From contig NW_005201391.1 in assembly GCF_000372725.1 (NCBI RefSeq), positions 298,736 through 362,735 on the forward strand: a DNA stretch of 64,000 nt, in the 5' to 3' direction. Below, in pieces: positions 32,698-43,614 of the stretch (the first letter of the stretch is position 1; each line of letters starts with the position of its first letter). Source of the stretch: Emiliania huxleyi CCMP1516 (taxonomy: Eukaryota). Below the pieces are notes generated by a model. It was given only the letters and a program-made list of their open reading frames with translations. It had not been told where the DNA came from and did no database searches. The position numbers and the translations under genes are program-made.

Positions 32698-34900
32698 CAG
32701 CAGCTCAAGTACGAGCGCATCCTCTACCTGGACGCCGACACGGTCCTCACCGGCGACGCCTCGGGCGCCTTCGACAAGGTCAAGGGTTTCGCCGCCGAGC
32801 GCGCCCGCTTCCACTCGTACTTCAACGCGGGCGTGATGATGCTGTCGCCGTCCGAGGCCACCTACCAGGACCTGCTCGCCGAGGGCAGCAAGGAGCACAA
32901 GAACAAGTTTGGCAACGTGATCGACTGCACCGAGCAGGCCCTCCTCAACTCGTACTACGACGGTTCCACGCCCGAGCGTGGCGTCACCAAGCTCGCCATC
33001 GGCCGCGCCGACGTGGCCAACGACTGGCAGGCTGCCGGCGCGCCCTTCGCGGTGCACTGGATCACGCACTCGTGCCCCAAGCCGTGGGTGGTGGCCGACG
33101 GCGAGGTGGCGGTGCCGTCCGACTGCGACGCGGTGGTGTACGCCTACTGGAAGCGCGTGTGGGACCGCCTGACCTCCTCGGCCACCGACGAGTCCTCCAA
33201 GGGCAGCTTTGGCAGCCGGAACGGCGCGCGCCGCATGCTGCGCCGCCTCTCGGGCGTCAGCGCGGGCCACTCGATGGCGCACAAGCCGACGCTCTCGGAG
33301 CTCGCCTCGGACGTGCACACGAGCATCGGCCGCCAGCTCCGAGAGGTGATGGCCTCGAGCCGCCACGGCCACTCGCGCATGCTCCGCCGCCGCCGCTGGA
33401 AGCGCGACGCTGAGTACGACTCGGGCTGGGGCGAGAACACGATCGCGTGGATCGCGATCATCGGCACGCTTCTGCTGGGCCTCGGCGCGGGCGCGCTCCT
33501 GCACAAGCTCTTCATCAAGGCGCCGGTCGCCGTCTCGAAGAACATGACCGTCGTCCAGGCCAAGCGGATGGGCTTCCAGGCGCTGGGCGAGGGCAAGGGG
33601 CCCGTCGGCGTCGTGAGCGCGGTGGACGACGACGACGAGGAGGAGGAGGAGGAGGAGGAGCCGGTCAAGAAGTAGGGGGGGCGCGCCCTAGGGTTGCCCG
33701 CACCCGGCGGCCCGGCCAAAAGACGCGCCGGGCGGTGCGGGCTTTTGACAGGCTTTTGATTTGAGACCATATGGAGATGGCTAGTGGCGCGCGGCTGGGT
33801 TGTTGGGGACGGTCCTCGCCGCGGGTGTCCCAGTGTGTGTGCCGCCGGCGCTCGTATGCCTCGACGGCTCGGGGAGGGGAGGCGCGGGTGCCGGGGCTGG
33901 GGTAGGGAGGGGGGCAGCGGTCTCCTGAGCCACACTGTCTCGTCGTCAGAGAGCGGGGGGCGCGCGAGCGCGCGGCCCCTCGGACTCGCAGTGATTGTTT
34001 CCGGGTGTTCTTGTTTCTTTGGTATACAACATTACATCCCTCCCCAACAACCAAAAGATGCCCATTTTACGTCTCGCTAATGCTGAATTGTGGCCGTCTT
34101 GTCGTCTCTTTTGCACTACAAGTCTACCTGCGTGTATGTGCGTGTGGCTTGTGTTGTCAGTGGCGGAGCGCTCTCTATGCACGGTGACCTAATATTTTGT
34201 GTCGCTAATGTTCAAACAAGCGGTCGTGTCGTGCAGCTCGGGTGCTGGTGGGATCGTGGGAGCCGCTCAGGGACCATTCTAAAGGCGTGTTGTGGTAGCT
34301 GAGGCCTCGAAAGCGCCCCCAGGGCCCTCTGGCTCTGCATGACCTCGCTCCGGAGCCCCAAAACGGCGCCTGCAGGGCGGCTCGCGGCTTGAGGCTCGTA
34401 AAATGGGTACCGCTGGCATCGGCCCGATGTGCGTGTGTATCACCATTGCCGACATCGCGCACAAACCAGCCGCGAGAGTCCGTCCAAGCCTCGGAACGAG
34501 CCCAACGGGGCCATTTTGGCCCCTCGGGGGCCTTCCAGTTCTGCCGACCTTTGGCGCCCGATTTGGTGCCACCCTGCGGTCTTCAGACGCATCTGAGGTA
34601 CTCACACGACGTTTCTACACCGGTACGTGTCGTGGGCTGACAGTCGAAAGCGGCAGAGAGCTCACAACCACCCAAGCACGCACGCCCACGACACCCGTCG
34701 CTGTTTTGGCTCCGACGGCGACGGGGCGACCTGTCTGTGCCCGTCCGTCAGTCGTTTTGATTTCGCCCTCGTCGCGAGCACGACCGCGTCAGTGCGCGCT
34801 GCCGCCGCAGTCTTGCTACCTCTTGCGCCAAAGGTGGCCTAATGGGTCGAAGAGCCGACCCCATAGTCCGCGTCCGAGAGGCCGGAGGCTGGGGTGGCGG
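32698..34900 (+). repeat. 2.2-kb duplicate of 35616-37822 between two gaps, containing the 3' part of the GT8 gene (32698-33675); probable assembly artefact
   Basis: Identical by eye at a constant offset of 2918 except for the last ~60 nt before the gap; bounded by N-runs on both sides. Confidence 0.85.
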
Positions 34901-35000
34901 NNNNNNNNNNNNNNNNNNNNNNNNNNNNNNNNNNNNNNNNNNNNNNNNNNNNNNNNNNNNNNNNNNNNNNNNNNNNNNNNNNNNNNNNNNNNNNNNNNNN

Positions 35001-36593
35001 CTCATGGCGCGACCATACGCCGCGCCGACAAGACTGCACGCGGACCTCTCCGCCCTCGGTGTCGAGCGGCTCACCATGCCCACCGAGGAGCGCATCAACG
35101 CGCTCCTGCGCCCGTCGCCCAAGACGCCGGTCACCTACCTCGCCTCGGAGCGGAAGGTGCGGCGCCGCGCCGGCCGACTTCATCTCGCGAGCCCCTTGAC
35201 ACCCCCCTCCTCCCCCGCCGCCGCGCAGGTGCTGGGCGCGGCCGCGCCAGCCCTCTCCGACTCCATCTCGCGCGGCGAGGTCGTGAGCCGCCCCGCTTCG
35301 CCGTGGCTCTTCAAGCCGCTGCGCAAGTCGCAGGCCTACGCCACCCTCCTGACGACGGACAACGCCGACTACTTCCGCGGCGCCCTCGTGCTCGGCTCCT
35401 CGATCCGCTCCTTCGACTCGGCGCGCGACATGGTGTGCCTCGTCACGTCGTCGGTGCCCGAGGAGTGGCGCTCCGCCCTCACCGTCGCCGGCTGGACCGT
35501 CGCCGTCGTCGACGAGGTTGCCGAGTTTTGGTTCGGAAAGTCGGAGGAGTGCTCGAGGTTTGACAAGGACCAGGGCGAGCGGTGGGGCCACATGGCCACC
35601 AAGCTGCGGCTGTGGCAGCAGCTCAAGTACGAGCGCATCCTCTACCTGGACGCCGACACGGTCCTCACCGGCGACGCCTCGGGCGCCTTCGACAAGGTCA
35701 AGGGTTTCGCCGCCGAGCGCGCCCGCTTCCACTCGTACTTCAACGCGGGCGTGATGATGCTGTCGCCGTCCGAGGCCACCTACCAGGACCTGCTCGCCGA
35801 GGGCAGCAAGGAGCACAAGAACAAGTTTGGCAACGTGATCGACTGCACCGAGCAGGCCCTCCTCAACTCGTACTACGACGGTTCCACGCCCGAGCGTGGC
35901 GTCACCAAGCTCGCCATCGGCCGCGCCGACGTGGCCAACGACTGGCAGGCTGCCGGCGCGCCCTTCGCGGTGCACTGGATCACGCACTCGTGCCCCAAGC
36001 CGTGGGTGGTGGCCGACGGCGAGGTGGCGGTGCCGTCCGACTGCGACGCGGTGGTGTACGCCTACTGGAAGCGCGTGTGGGACCGCCTGACCTCCTCGGC
36101 CACCGACGAGTCCTCCAAGGGCAGCTTTGGCAGCCGGAACGGCGCGCGCCGCATGCTGCGCCGCCTCTCGGGCGTCAGCGCGGGCCACTCGATGGCGCAC
36201 AAGCCGACGCTCTCGGAGCTCGCCTCGGACGTGCACACGAGCATCGGCCGCCAGCTCCGAGAGGTGATGGCCTCGAGCCGCCACGGCCACTCGCGCATGC
36301 TCCGCCGCCGCCGCTGGAAGCGCGACGCTGAGTACGACTCGGGCTGGGGCGAGAACACGATCGCGTGGATCGCGATCATCGGCACGCTTCTGCTGGGCCT
36401 CGGCGCGGGCGCGCTCCTGCACAAGCTCTTCATCAAGGCGCCGGTCGCCGTCTCGAAGAACATGACCGTCGTCCAGGCCAAGCGGATGGGCTTCCAGGCG
36501 CTGGGCGAGGGCAAGGGGCCCGTCGGCGTCGTGAGCGCGGTGGACGACGACGACGAGGAGGAGGAGGAGGAGGAGGAGCCGGTCAAGAAGTAG
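35001..36593 (+). CDS. GT8 glycosyltransferase (glycogenin/PGSIP-like) with C-terminal TM; 5' end in gap
   Basis: AYATLLTTD..YFRGALVLGSSIR, TKLRLWQQLKYERILYLDADTVL (DxD), YFNAGVMMLSPS, EQALLNSYY, VHWITHSCPKPW, TM IAWIAIIGTLLLGLGAGALL. Intron about 35157-35228. Confidence 0.9.
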   Translation, partial: LMARPYAAPTRLHADLSALGVERLTMPTEERINALLRPSPKTPVTYLASERKVRRRAGRLHLASPLTPPSSPAAAQVLGAAAPALSDSISRGEVVSRPASPWLFKPLRKSQAYATLLTTDNADYFRGALVLGSSIRSFDSARDMVCLVTSSVPEEWRSALTVAGWTVAVVDEVAEFWFGKSEECSRFDKDQGERWGHMATKLRLWQQLKYERILYLDADTVLTGDASGAFDKVKGFAAERARFHSYFNAGVMMLSPSEATYQDLLAEGSKEHKNKFGNVIDCTEQALLNSYYDGSTPERGVTKLAIGRADVANDWQAAGAPFAVHWITHSCPKPWVVADGEVAVPSDCDAVVYAYWKRVWDRLTSSATDESSKGSFGSRNGARRMLRRLSGVSAGHSMAHKPTLSELASDVHTSIGRQLREVMASSRHGHSRMLRRRRWKRDAEYDSGWGENTIAWIAIIGTLLLGLGAGALLHKLFIKAPVAVSKNMTVVQAKRMGFQALGEGKGPVGVVSAVDDDDEEEEEEEEPVKK

Positions 36594-38051
36594 GGGGGGC
36601 GCGCCCTAGGGTTGCCCGCACCCGGCGGCCCGGCCAAAAGACGCGCCGGGCGGTGCGGGCTTTTGACAGGCTTTTGATTTGAGACCATATGGAGATGGCT
36701 AGTGGCGCGCGGCTGGGTTGTTGGGGACGGTCCTCGCCGCGGGTGTCCCAGTGTGTGTGCCGCCGGCGCTCGTATGCCTCGACGGCTCGGGGAGGGGAGG
36801 CGCGGGTGCCGGGGCTGGGGTAGGGAGGGGGGCAGCGGTCTCCTGAGCCACACTGTCTCGTCGTCAGAGAGCGGGGGGCGCGCGAGCGCGCGGCCCCTCG
36901 GACTCGCAGTGATTGTTTCCGGGTGTTCTTGTTTCTTTGGTATACAACATTACATCCCTCCCCAACAACCAAAAGATGCCCATTTTACGTCTCGCTAATG
37001 CTGAATTGTGGCCGTCTTGTCGTCTCTTTTGCACTACAAGTCTACCTGCGTGTATGTGCGTGTGGCTTGTGTTGTCAGTGGCGGAGCGCTCTCTATGCAC
37101 GGTGACCTAATATTTTGTGTCGCTAATGTTCAAACAAGCGGTCGTGTCGTGCAGCTCGGGTGCTGGTGGGATCGTGGGAGCCGCTCAGGGACCATTCTAA
37201 AGGCGTGTTGTGGTAGCTGAGGCCTCGAAAGCGCCCCCAGGGCCCTCTGGCTCTGCATGACCTCGCTCCGGAGCCCCAAAACGGCGCCTGCAGGGCGGCT
37301 CGCGGCTTGAGGCTCGTAAAATGGGTACCGCTGGCATCGGCCCGATGTGCGTGTGTATCACCATTGCCGACATCGCGCACAAACCAGCCGCGAGAGTCCG
37401 TCCAAGCCTCGGAACGAGCCCAACGGGGCCATTTTGGCCCCTCGGGGGCCTTCCAGTTCTGCCGACCTTTGGCGCCCGATTTGGTGCCACCCTGCGGTCT
37501 TCAGACGCATCTGAGGTACTCACACGACGTTTCTACACCGGTACGTGTCGTGGGCTGACAGTCGAAAGCGGCAGAGAGCTCACAACCACCCAAGCACGCA
37601 CGCCCACGACACCCGTCGCTGTTTTGGCTCCGACGGCGACGGGGCGACCTGTCTGTGCCCGTCCGTCAGTCGTTTTGATTTCGCCCTCGTCGCGAGCACG
37701 ACCGCGTCAGTGCGCGCTGCCGCCGCAGTCTTGCTACCTCTTGCGCCAAAGGTGGCCTAGTGGGTCGAAGAGCCGACCCATAGGTAGGTCCGCGTCCGAG
37801 AGGCGGGAGGCTGGGGTGGCGGCGCGGGTGACGGCTTACTGACGGCACTCCGCGGCGAGCCGGAAAGGAGCGGCGAGTCCGGGCACCCAGCTAGATCGGA
37901 GGTAAACTACCTCTGCGACTTTCGGTGGCGGGGGGTGGCGAAGCGAAGGGGACGTAGGAGACATGCCGAGGGTGGGTGCAGGGGTTCCTAAAGAAACCCT
38001 TGGGCTCGATATCGCTGACAGCGCTCACAGCTAAACCTCTTCCGACTAACG

Positions 38052-39140
38052 ATGAGCAGCCCGGCAGCGGCGGCTGGTTTAGCACCCGAGTGGTCAGTGA
38101 TGCTCAGCGGGCAGTTTGCACCTTACGACGCTCCCGTATCGCGCGCCATCGAAGAGGCGTTTCAACGTGGCGACGACGAGATCATCGCCACGATTCGAGG
38201 CTCGCAATACGTGATTGCGCTCAAGCCGCCGTCTGCGATGAAGCAGCAGCTCGTTTCCGATCCCTCTCGGCAGCGGGCCGTCAGGCGCGTGCCCGCACCG
38301 GCGACCGCGGAACCAGCGGTGAGCAAGCGCAAGCGTGATGCGGACGAGGCAGACCCGGTGTCTGATCCGGTCCAGCTCATGGACGGGCTTTCCTACACGT
38401 GCACATTCCACGACTCCGCGTCGTCCAAGCAATATCACGGCGGATCAGACGTCTCAATCGAGTTCACGTGCAGCGTGCCAGGCATGAACGGCACCAGCTG
38501 CTACGACTGGCGAAGCACCAAGGGCTTCCTCTTGATTGGCCGCGACTCGATGCCTCCGCTCCTCACCCTCAAAATCAGCGACTCGATCAACCATCTCGGC
38601 GGCCACAGCTTCAGCGGAGGCAGCAGTGGCCACGTTTACCGCACCTCCTTTGCAAAGTGTCCGGGCGCTTCGATCGACCCCTCGTCGACGATGTTGATCA
38701 AGCTCGACGAGCAGGGCCTTGCCGACGCTGAGAGAGTCCGCCGCACCGCGCTTCAGCACCGACCGGCCTTTGTGGCGCTGCTCGACGCGTGCGGCGGTGG
38801 CTTCAATGTCGAGCTCACCTCCACTCACGCCACGAACAAGGCGACGTACATCACGCTGAAGGCGGAGACGCCACGCGGCTCGACGTTTGATCTCGACGTC
38901 CGCATCGGAGGCGCGCACATGTCGCAATCGCGCGTGACCCGCAAGCTCACGGCTGACCTGGTCGGCAGTCTGCGCGAGTTTGCGGCGCTCGGCGACGGTG
39001 CGGGGACGTATGGCCGCATCACTCTCACTGCGACCGGCTCGGACCTGGAGGTTGGGCCAGACAGCTTCTCGATTGCCACAGCGGCGGCGCGCACGACCGG
39101 TGGCAGGTTCACCGTCGCGCCGTCGCCCTACGATCGCTGA
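38052..39140 (+). CDS. WWE-domain protein with uncharacterised C-terminal domain; single exon
   Basis: WSVMLSGQFAPYDAPVSRAIEEAFQRG...IRGSQYVIAL...MKQQLVSDPSRQRAVRR is a WWE-domain pattern; NLS-like KRKR follows. Confidence 0.75.
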   Translation: MSSPAAAAGLAPEWSVMLSGQFAPYDAPVSRAIEEAFQRGDDEIIATIRGSQYVIALKPPSAMKQQLVSDPSRQRAVRRVPAPATAEPAVSKRKRDADEADPVSDPVQLMDGLSYTCTFHDSASSKQYHGGSDVSIEFTCSVPGMNGTSCYDWRSTKGFLLIGRDSMPPLLTLKISDSINHLGGHSFSGGSSGHVYRTSFAKCPGASIDPSSTMLIKLDEQGLADAERVRRTALQHRPAFVALLDACGGGFNVELTSTHATNKATYITLKAETPRGSTFDLDVRIGGAHMSQSRVTRKLTADLVGSLREFAALGDGAGTYGRITLTATGSDLEVGPDSFSIATAAARTTGGRFTVAPSPYDR

Positions 39141-39547
39141 AAGGCCTCTCATGTGCGCAGTCTCGTGTCACAGAGACCGTCGCTTCGCCGTCGACGCGCA
39201 TCGCGCTGACCGTATTGTACACATACACAGCGGGCTCTCCGAATCTCCGACGCGGAAGACGGCTAGTGCTAGTCCCCCACCGGACGCGCTCGCGGTACCT
39301 GTTCCAAGACGGCGGCTGCCACCGCGCGTACCCGGGTATCTAGTGTGCGTGTTGGTTGGTGATGGTCTGCAAGGCTTGATGCAAGGCGGCCGGCGGTGCC
39401 GGTGGGGCGAAGGCCGAAGGGGGGGGGGAGGGGGGCATTCGAGGGTATGGTCCTGTCGGCGGGAGGCTTGGCCTGTCAGCAGGAGGGGGGCAGTCTTTGA
39501 GCAGGAAACCATACACCTTGAGAGAGAGAGAGTAAACCTTCCAAAAA

Positions 39548-41543
39548 TTGTCCCCAGACAAGGTTATGGGAGCGGCCATAACAGGTGTTATGGCTGTTAT
39601 GGCTGGCTGCTCATAACACCCCATATAACACCTCATAACACCTCATAACACCTCCATCGCTGTTATGGCTGTTATGCCCACCCTACCATAACACCTCATA
39701 ACACCTCATAACACCTCATAACACTCATAACACATCCCACTGGTTGTTATGACAGCCAGCATAACAACCTCATAACAGCTGTTAATGTGTCACGGATTTT
39801 TCTTTTGGACGCCGCGATAAACCCGGCGTAGGGTAAATTCTTCTTTTTGGAGCGCCCGCCCCGCGCCGCGTAGCTACTACCAGCCAACCATGGCCTACCG
39901 GATGAGGATGTTCATGAGCCAGAAGCCCTCGTCGGTTGACCTGCGCGTCTCCGACTTCAAGAGGGTTCCCGGCTTCAACTATGTGGAATGTGCTGCCTGT
40001 GTTGGCGGAGGACGAGCACACGTACGACTCGCTGTGCTCTGATATCCGAGAGGCGTGGTCCATCAACGCGGAAAGCAGCAACATCCATCCATCGATCGCG
40101 CGATGAGTCATCCGGATGAGGAAGAGTTTTACAACTTACTCGCTCGCACGACTGGCACGGAGCTTTAACTACTAAAAAGCGGGAGCAGCCAGCTTCCACT
40201 TGTTAGAAACCTCGAGACATGAAGCGAAAAAAGGAAAGAAAAAGCTGAGCCCTGGTGTCGAGGTGTCGAGGCCCGGTGTCGAGGGTGTCGATCGAGGCCA
40301 GGGCTCAGAGAAAAAGGACGTGAGTTAAATTGCGGGAAAGACATACTTTAAGGTACATGTTAAAACGGAGGGGAGCGGCAGAGCTGCAGAGAGTACGAGT
40401 TAGAAACGGGAAGCAAATTGCGTGAAGGGGGGGGGAGGGGGAGGGGGGTCTTGATTGAGAAATCTGAAGCCATCGCTCAGCCTCAGTCAGGAGGCAGGTT
40501 GATGTTATTGAATTTAACTTAAGGGCAAAAGAGAAAATATTTGGCGGTCGATGCCGAACCTCGCGCGCGGCAGCGCGCGAAGCGAAAATTCCAGCGGCGA
40601 GCAGTTCGGTGTGGCCTCTCGGGCCATAACACCGTGGATCCGGGACGGCTCTCTCATACAGTGGGTTTCGGGCATTAAGAAAACAGGATCCTGCGGCACG
40701 CCGCCGTTTCTAAGCCTTTCCACCCTCCTCCCCCAGCCCACGCCGTGGTTTCTTAGCCCCGGCCGGCACTCAGGACCGCTGGGCCGAGGCATTTTTCCGT
40801 GCGAGGCGCGCTAGGCGAGGCGGTGGCCGGGCGCGCGGTGCGGATTGGCGTGTGCGTGTGTGTGACTGCGACAAGTGTGACTGCGACACAGGACCAATGG
40901 GTTTGTATTATTAACAACGAAGGCGCTCTCAAAAAATAAAAAAATAAGTAAGCTGCGGGATCACCACCTTGTAGCCGGCGGGGGCGCCCTCCAGCTTGAT
41001 GAGGTCGTCGTCCGTGCCATCGGCTGTGAGCAGGGCACCAGAGCGTGCTCGAAGTACTTGCGCTTGGCCTCGCCCTGGAGCGCCTTCATGGAGGCCGTCA
41101 GCTTGTTCGACTCCCATTTCTCGAGGTTGTCCTCGTCGTCAAGCCACTCATCGAGCAGCTGCCCGAGGTAGACTTTGATCTGGCGCCCCATGCCGCGATC
41201 AATCGGCTGCACCTGGTCGGTCTCGTTGGGCGGCACCTTGTGGTCGTCGACGCCAACCGACTGCATCACAGGGGCGTTTGGGTGAGTGTGTTGCGGCGCT
41301 TGCCAGCCTGCGCGCCTGCGGCGCTTGCCAGCCGGCGCGCCTGCGGCGCGCCGTGGTTTCTTAGATTTTCGCGAAAATCGCTCGGCGTGGTTTCTTAATA
41401 CTACGTTTTCTTAATGCCCGAAACCCACTGTAGCAGCCCATAACATGTTATGGGTGTTATGGCTGTTATGGGCCCCCCACATGTTATGGGCTGCTATGCC
41501 CCGAGAGCCATAACACCATAACAATAACTGTGTCAGGGGACAA
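39548..41543. mobile_element. About 2-kb TIR element with CATAACA/TGTTATG subterminal arrays and 6-bp TSD
   Basis: TTGTCCCCAGACA ... TGTCAGGGGACAA; CAAAAA flanks both ends (39542-39547, 41544-41549); arrays at 39560-39790 and 41438-41530. Confidence 0.7.
40659..41430 (-). mobile_element. Internally deleted pogo/Tigger-type (DDE_1) transposon, nested in the 39548-41543 element
   Basis: 26-bp TIR CAGTGGGTTTCGGGCATTAAGAAAAC with TA flanks. The internal ORF fragment VPPNETDQVQPIDRGMGRQIK (about 41180-41240) matches the pogo 'PxNxTxxxQPxD' motif. Confidence 0.9.
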
Positions 41544-41605
41544 CAAAAAGTCCAAACCCTGCCGCCAAACCCTCGATCCGACCCGGCCGTACCGCCGTTT
41601 CCAGC

Positions 41606-43393
41606 ATGCAGGGTGCTGCCCAGGGCGCCACCGCTGGCTCGGAGAGAGCGAGAGCGCCCAGCGCATCGAGCTTGTGCGAGCCGGCGCGCGGGCTTGCAGC
41701 TGTCTGCAGGCTGTCCGGCGGGAGGCGGCGGGGACGGAGCTCTCTGTCGCGGAGAACGCCTACCGCAAGGCCTGCAGCGCCTTTGAAGACCTCACCTTGC
41801 CTCGGGTGCGCGAGCTGCTCGAGAACTTGCTGGCCGTCTCTACGCGCGGCGGCGGCTGCAACACCAGCGGCGGCGGCAGCAGCGGCGGCGGCGGCTGCAG
41901 CAGCGGCGGCGGCAGCAGCAGCGGAGGCGGCGGCGGCGGCGGCAGCACTACCACCCTCTCGAGGCAGCACTACCACCGCATGGTCGAGCTGTTTAGCCTC
42001 GTCCCGATCGGTCTGCCGCCGATCGCAAACATCGTGCGCAAGCACATCACCGACGCCGGCCTCGCGCTGGTCAAGAAGCAGTCAGCCAACGCCGAGGGCG
42101 ACCTGATGGCGACGTGCAGGAGCTGCTCGACCTCGACGGCGTGTACAGCGAGATCATCGGCTCGACGTTAGGCGAGGGCTACTTTAACGGCGACGCGACG
42201 TTTCTCAAGGCGGCGAGGGAGGCTTTCGAGGAGTTTGTCAACAAGGACATCGGCAAGAGCGCCACCGCCGAGCTGCTCTCCAACTTTTGCGACAACCTGC
42301 TCAAAAATTCGGGCGCGCTGCTCTCGGACGAGGCGCTCGAGGACAAGCTCGAGAAGGTGGTGCGGCTCTTTGGCTATCTGTTCGACAAGGTCATCTTCTC
42401 CCAGTTCTACAGGAGGCAGCTCGCGAAGCGCTGCTCCTGGCGCCCTCAGTGGGCGCTAGCGCAGAGCGCTCGATGATCGCCAAGCTCAAGCTGCGCGGCG
42501 GCGCGCAGTTCACTCACGACATGGAGGGCATGATGACCGACATGAGGTTGTCGCAGGACATCCAGTCCGCCTTCGCCGAGCACGTCAAGGACAAGGAGCT
42601 CGAGCACGACAAGGTCTTTTCTCTGGAAACAAAAAAGGACAAGGAGCTCGACCTGACGGTGCAGGTGCTCACCACCAAATTCTGGCCACAGTACAAGTCG
42701 GACGAGCTCAAGCTGCAAAAGGAGATGCTGCAGTGCGTCGAGGCCTTCAAGGCCTTTTACGACTCACATACCTCGCACCGCCGGCTGCGGTGGGTGCACT
42801 CGCTGAGCAAGTTCACGGAATAGGGGAAGAGCAAGGAGCACGACCTGCTCGTCTCACCTACCAGGCCTGCATCCTGCTGCTCTTCAACGAGGCGGACTCG
42901 ATGACCTTCTCCGACATTCAGGGCCGCCTCAACCTGCCCGCCGAGGAGCTCAAGCGCTACGTGCTCTCGCGGCAAGTACAAGATCCTGACCAAGGATCCG
43001 GCCGGCAGGGAGGTCGCGCCGACCGACACGCTGAGCTACGCCACCTTCTCCGACCGCCAGCAGCGGATCAAGGTGCGGAGGATCGCCGCGGAGATGACGC
43101 AGGAGGAGAAGGACGCGGCGCTGAAGGAGGCGGAGCAGGAGCGCAAGCATGTCGTCGAGTGGGGAATCATCAAGGTAATGATGAGCGAGAAGCGGGTGGA
43201 GCACGAGGATCTGGCTGAGAAGGCGCAGGCCTTGATCAGAACGAGGCCAAGGTGGACCACGAGCTGGACCAACTTCACCCTGGCGAGGGATTACTTCGAC
43301 GCGATGGTCGTGGACCTCATCCGCCGGGAGTACCTGGAGCCCGAGGCTCCCGAGCGTCCTCCCGGGAGTGGCAGCTTCTGTACAAGTACCTAG
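41606..43393 (+). pseudogene. CUL1: Cullin-1-like intronless pseudogene (several frameshifts and an internal stop)
   Basis: GLPPIANIVRKHITDAG; FLKAAREAFEEFVNK...AELLSNFCDNLLK; FYRRQLAKR; AERSMIAKLK...MEGMMTDM; LTVQVLTT.FWP; FY...SHRRLRWVHSL; YQACILLLFN. These blocks fall in different frames, with TAG at about 42821. Confidence 0.88.
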
Positions 43394-43614
43394 CTTGATG
43401 GCTCCAGGTCCAGCGGACAGCGTTGGCCCCGGCAACTTGTCATAGATAGTTAAAGCCGTAGTTGTATAGCCATCTCTTAGGAGGTGTCCAATTTTTTCCG
43501 ACGATATGTGTGGTGTGTCTTTTCTTCATATCTGGGGCCTCCGGCGCCAGTGCGAAGTCTAGTCGCCCTAAACCACCCCGCCCTCCGGGCATACTCCGAA
43601 CTCCCACACGACAA

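Noticed and set aside
32698..37822. Tandem duplication of the GT8 gene
   Set aside because: The copies look identical, including non-coding DNA, and the first is bounded by gaps on both sides. A misplaced contig or second haplotype is more likely.
39560..39790. CRISPR-like or satellite array (CATAACACCT)n
   Set aside because: No unique spacers and no cas genes; explained as subterminal repeats of the 39548-41543 element.
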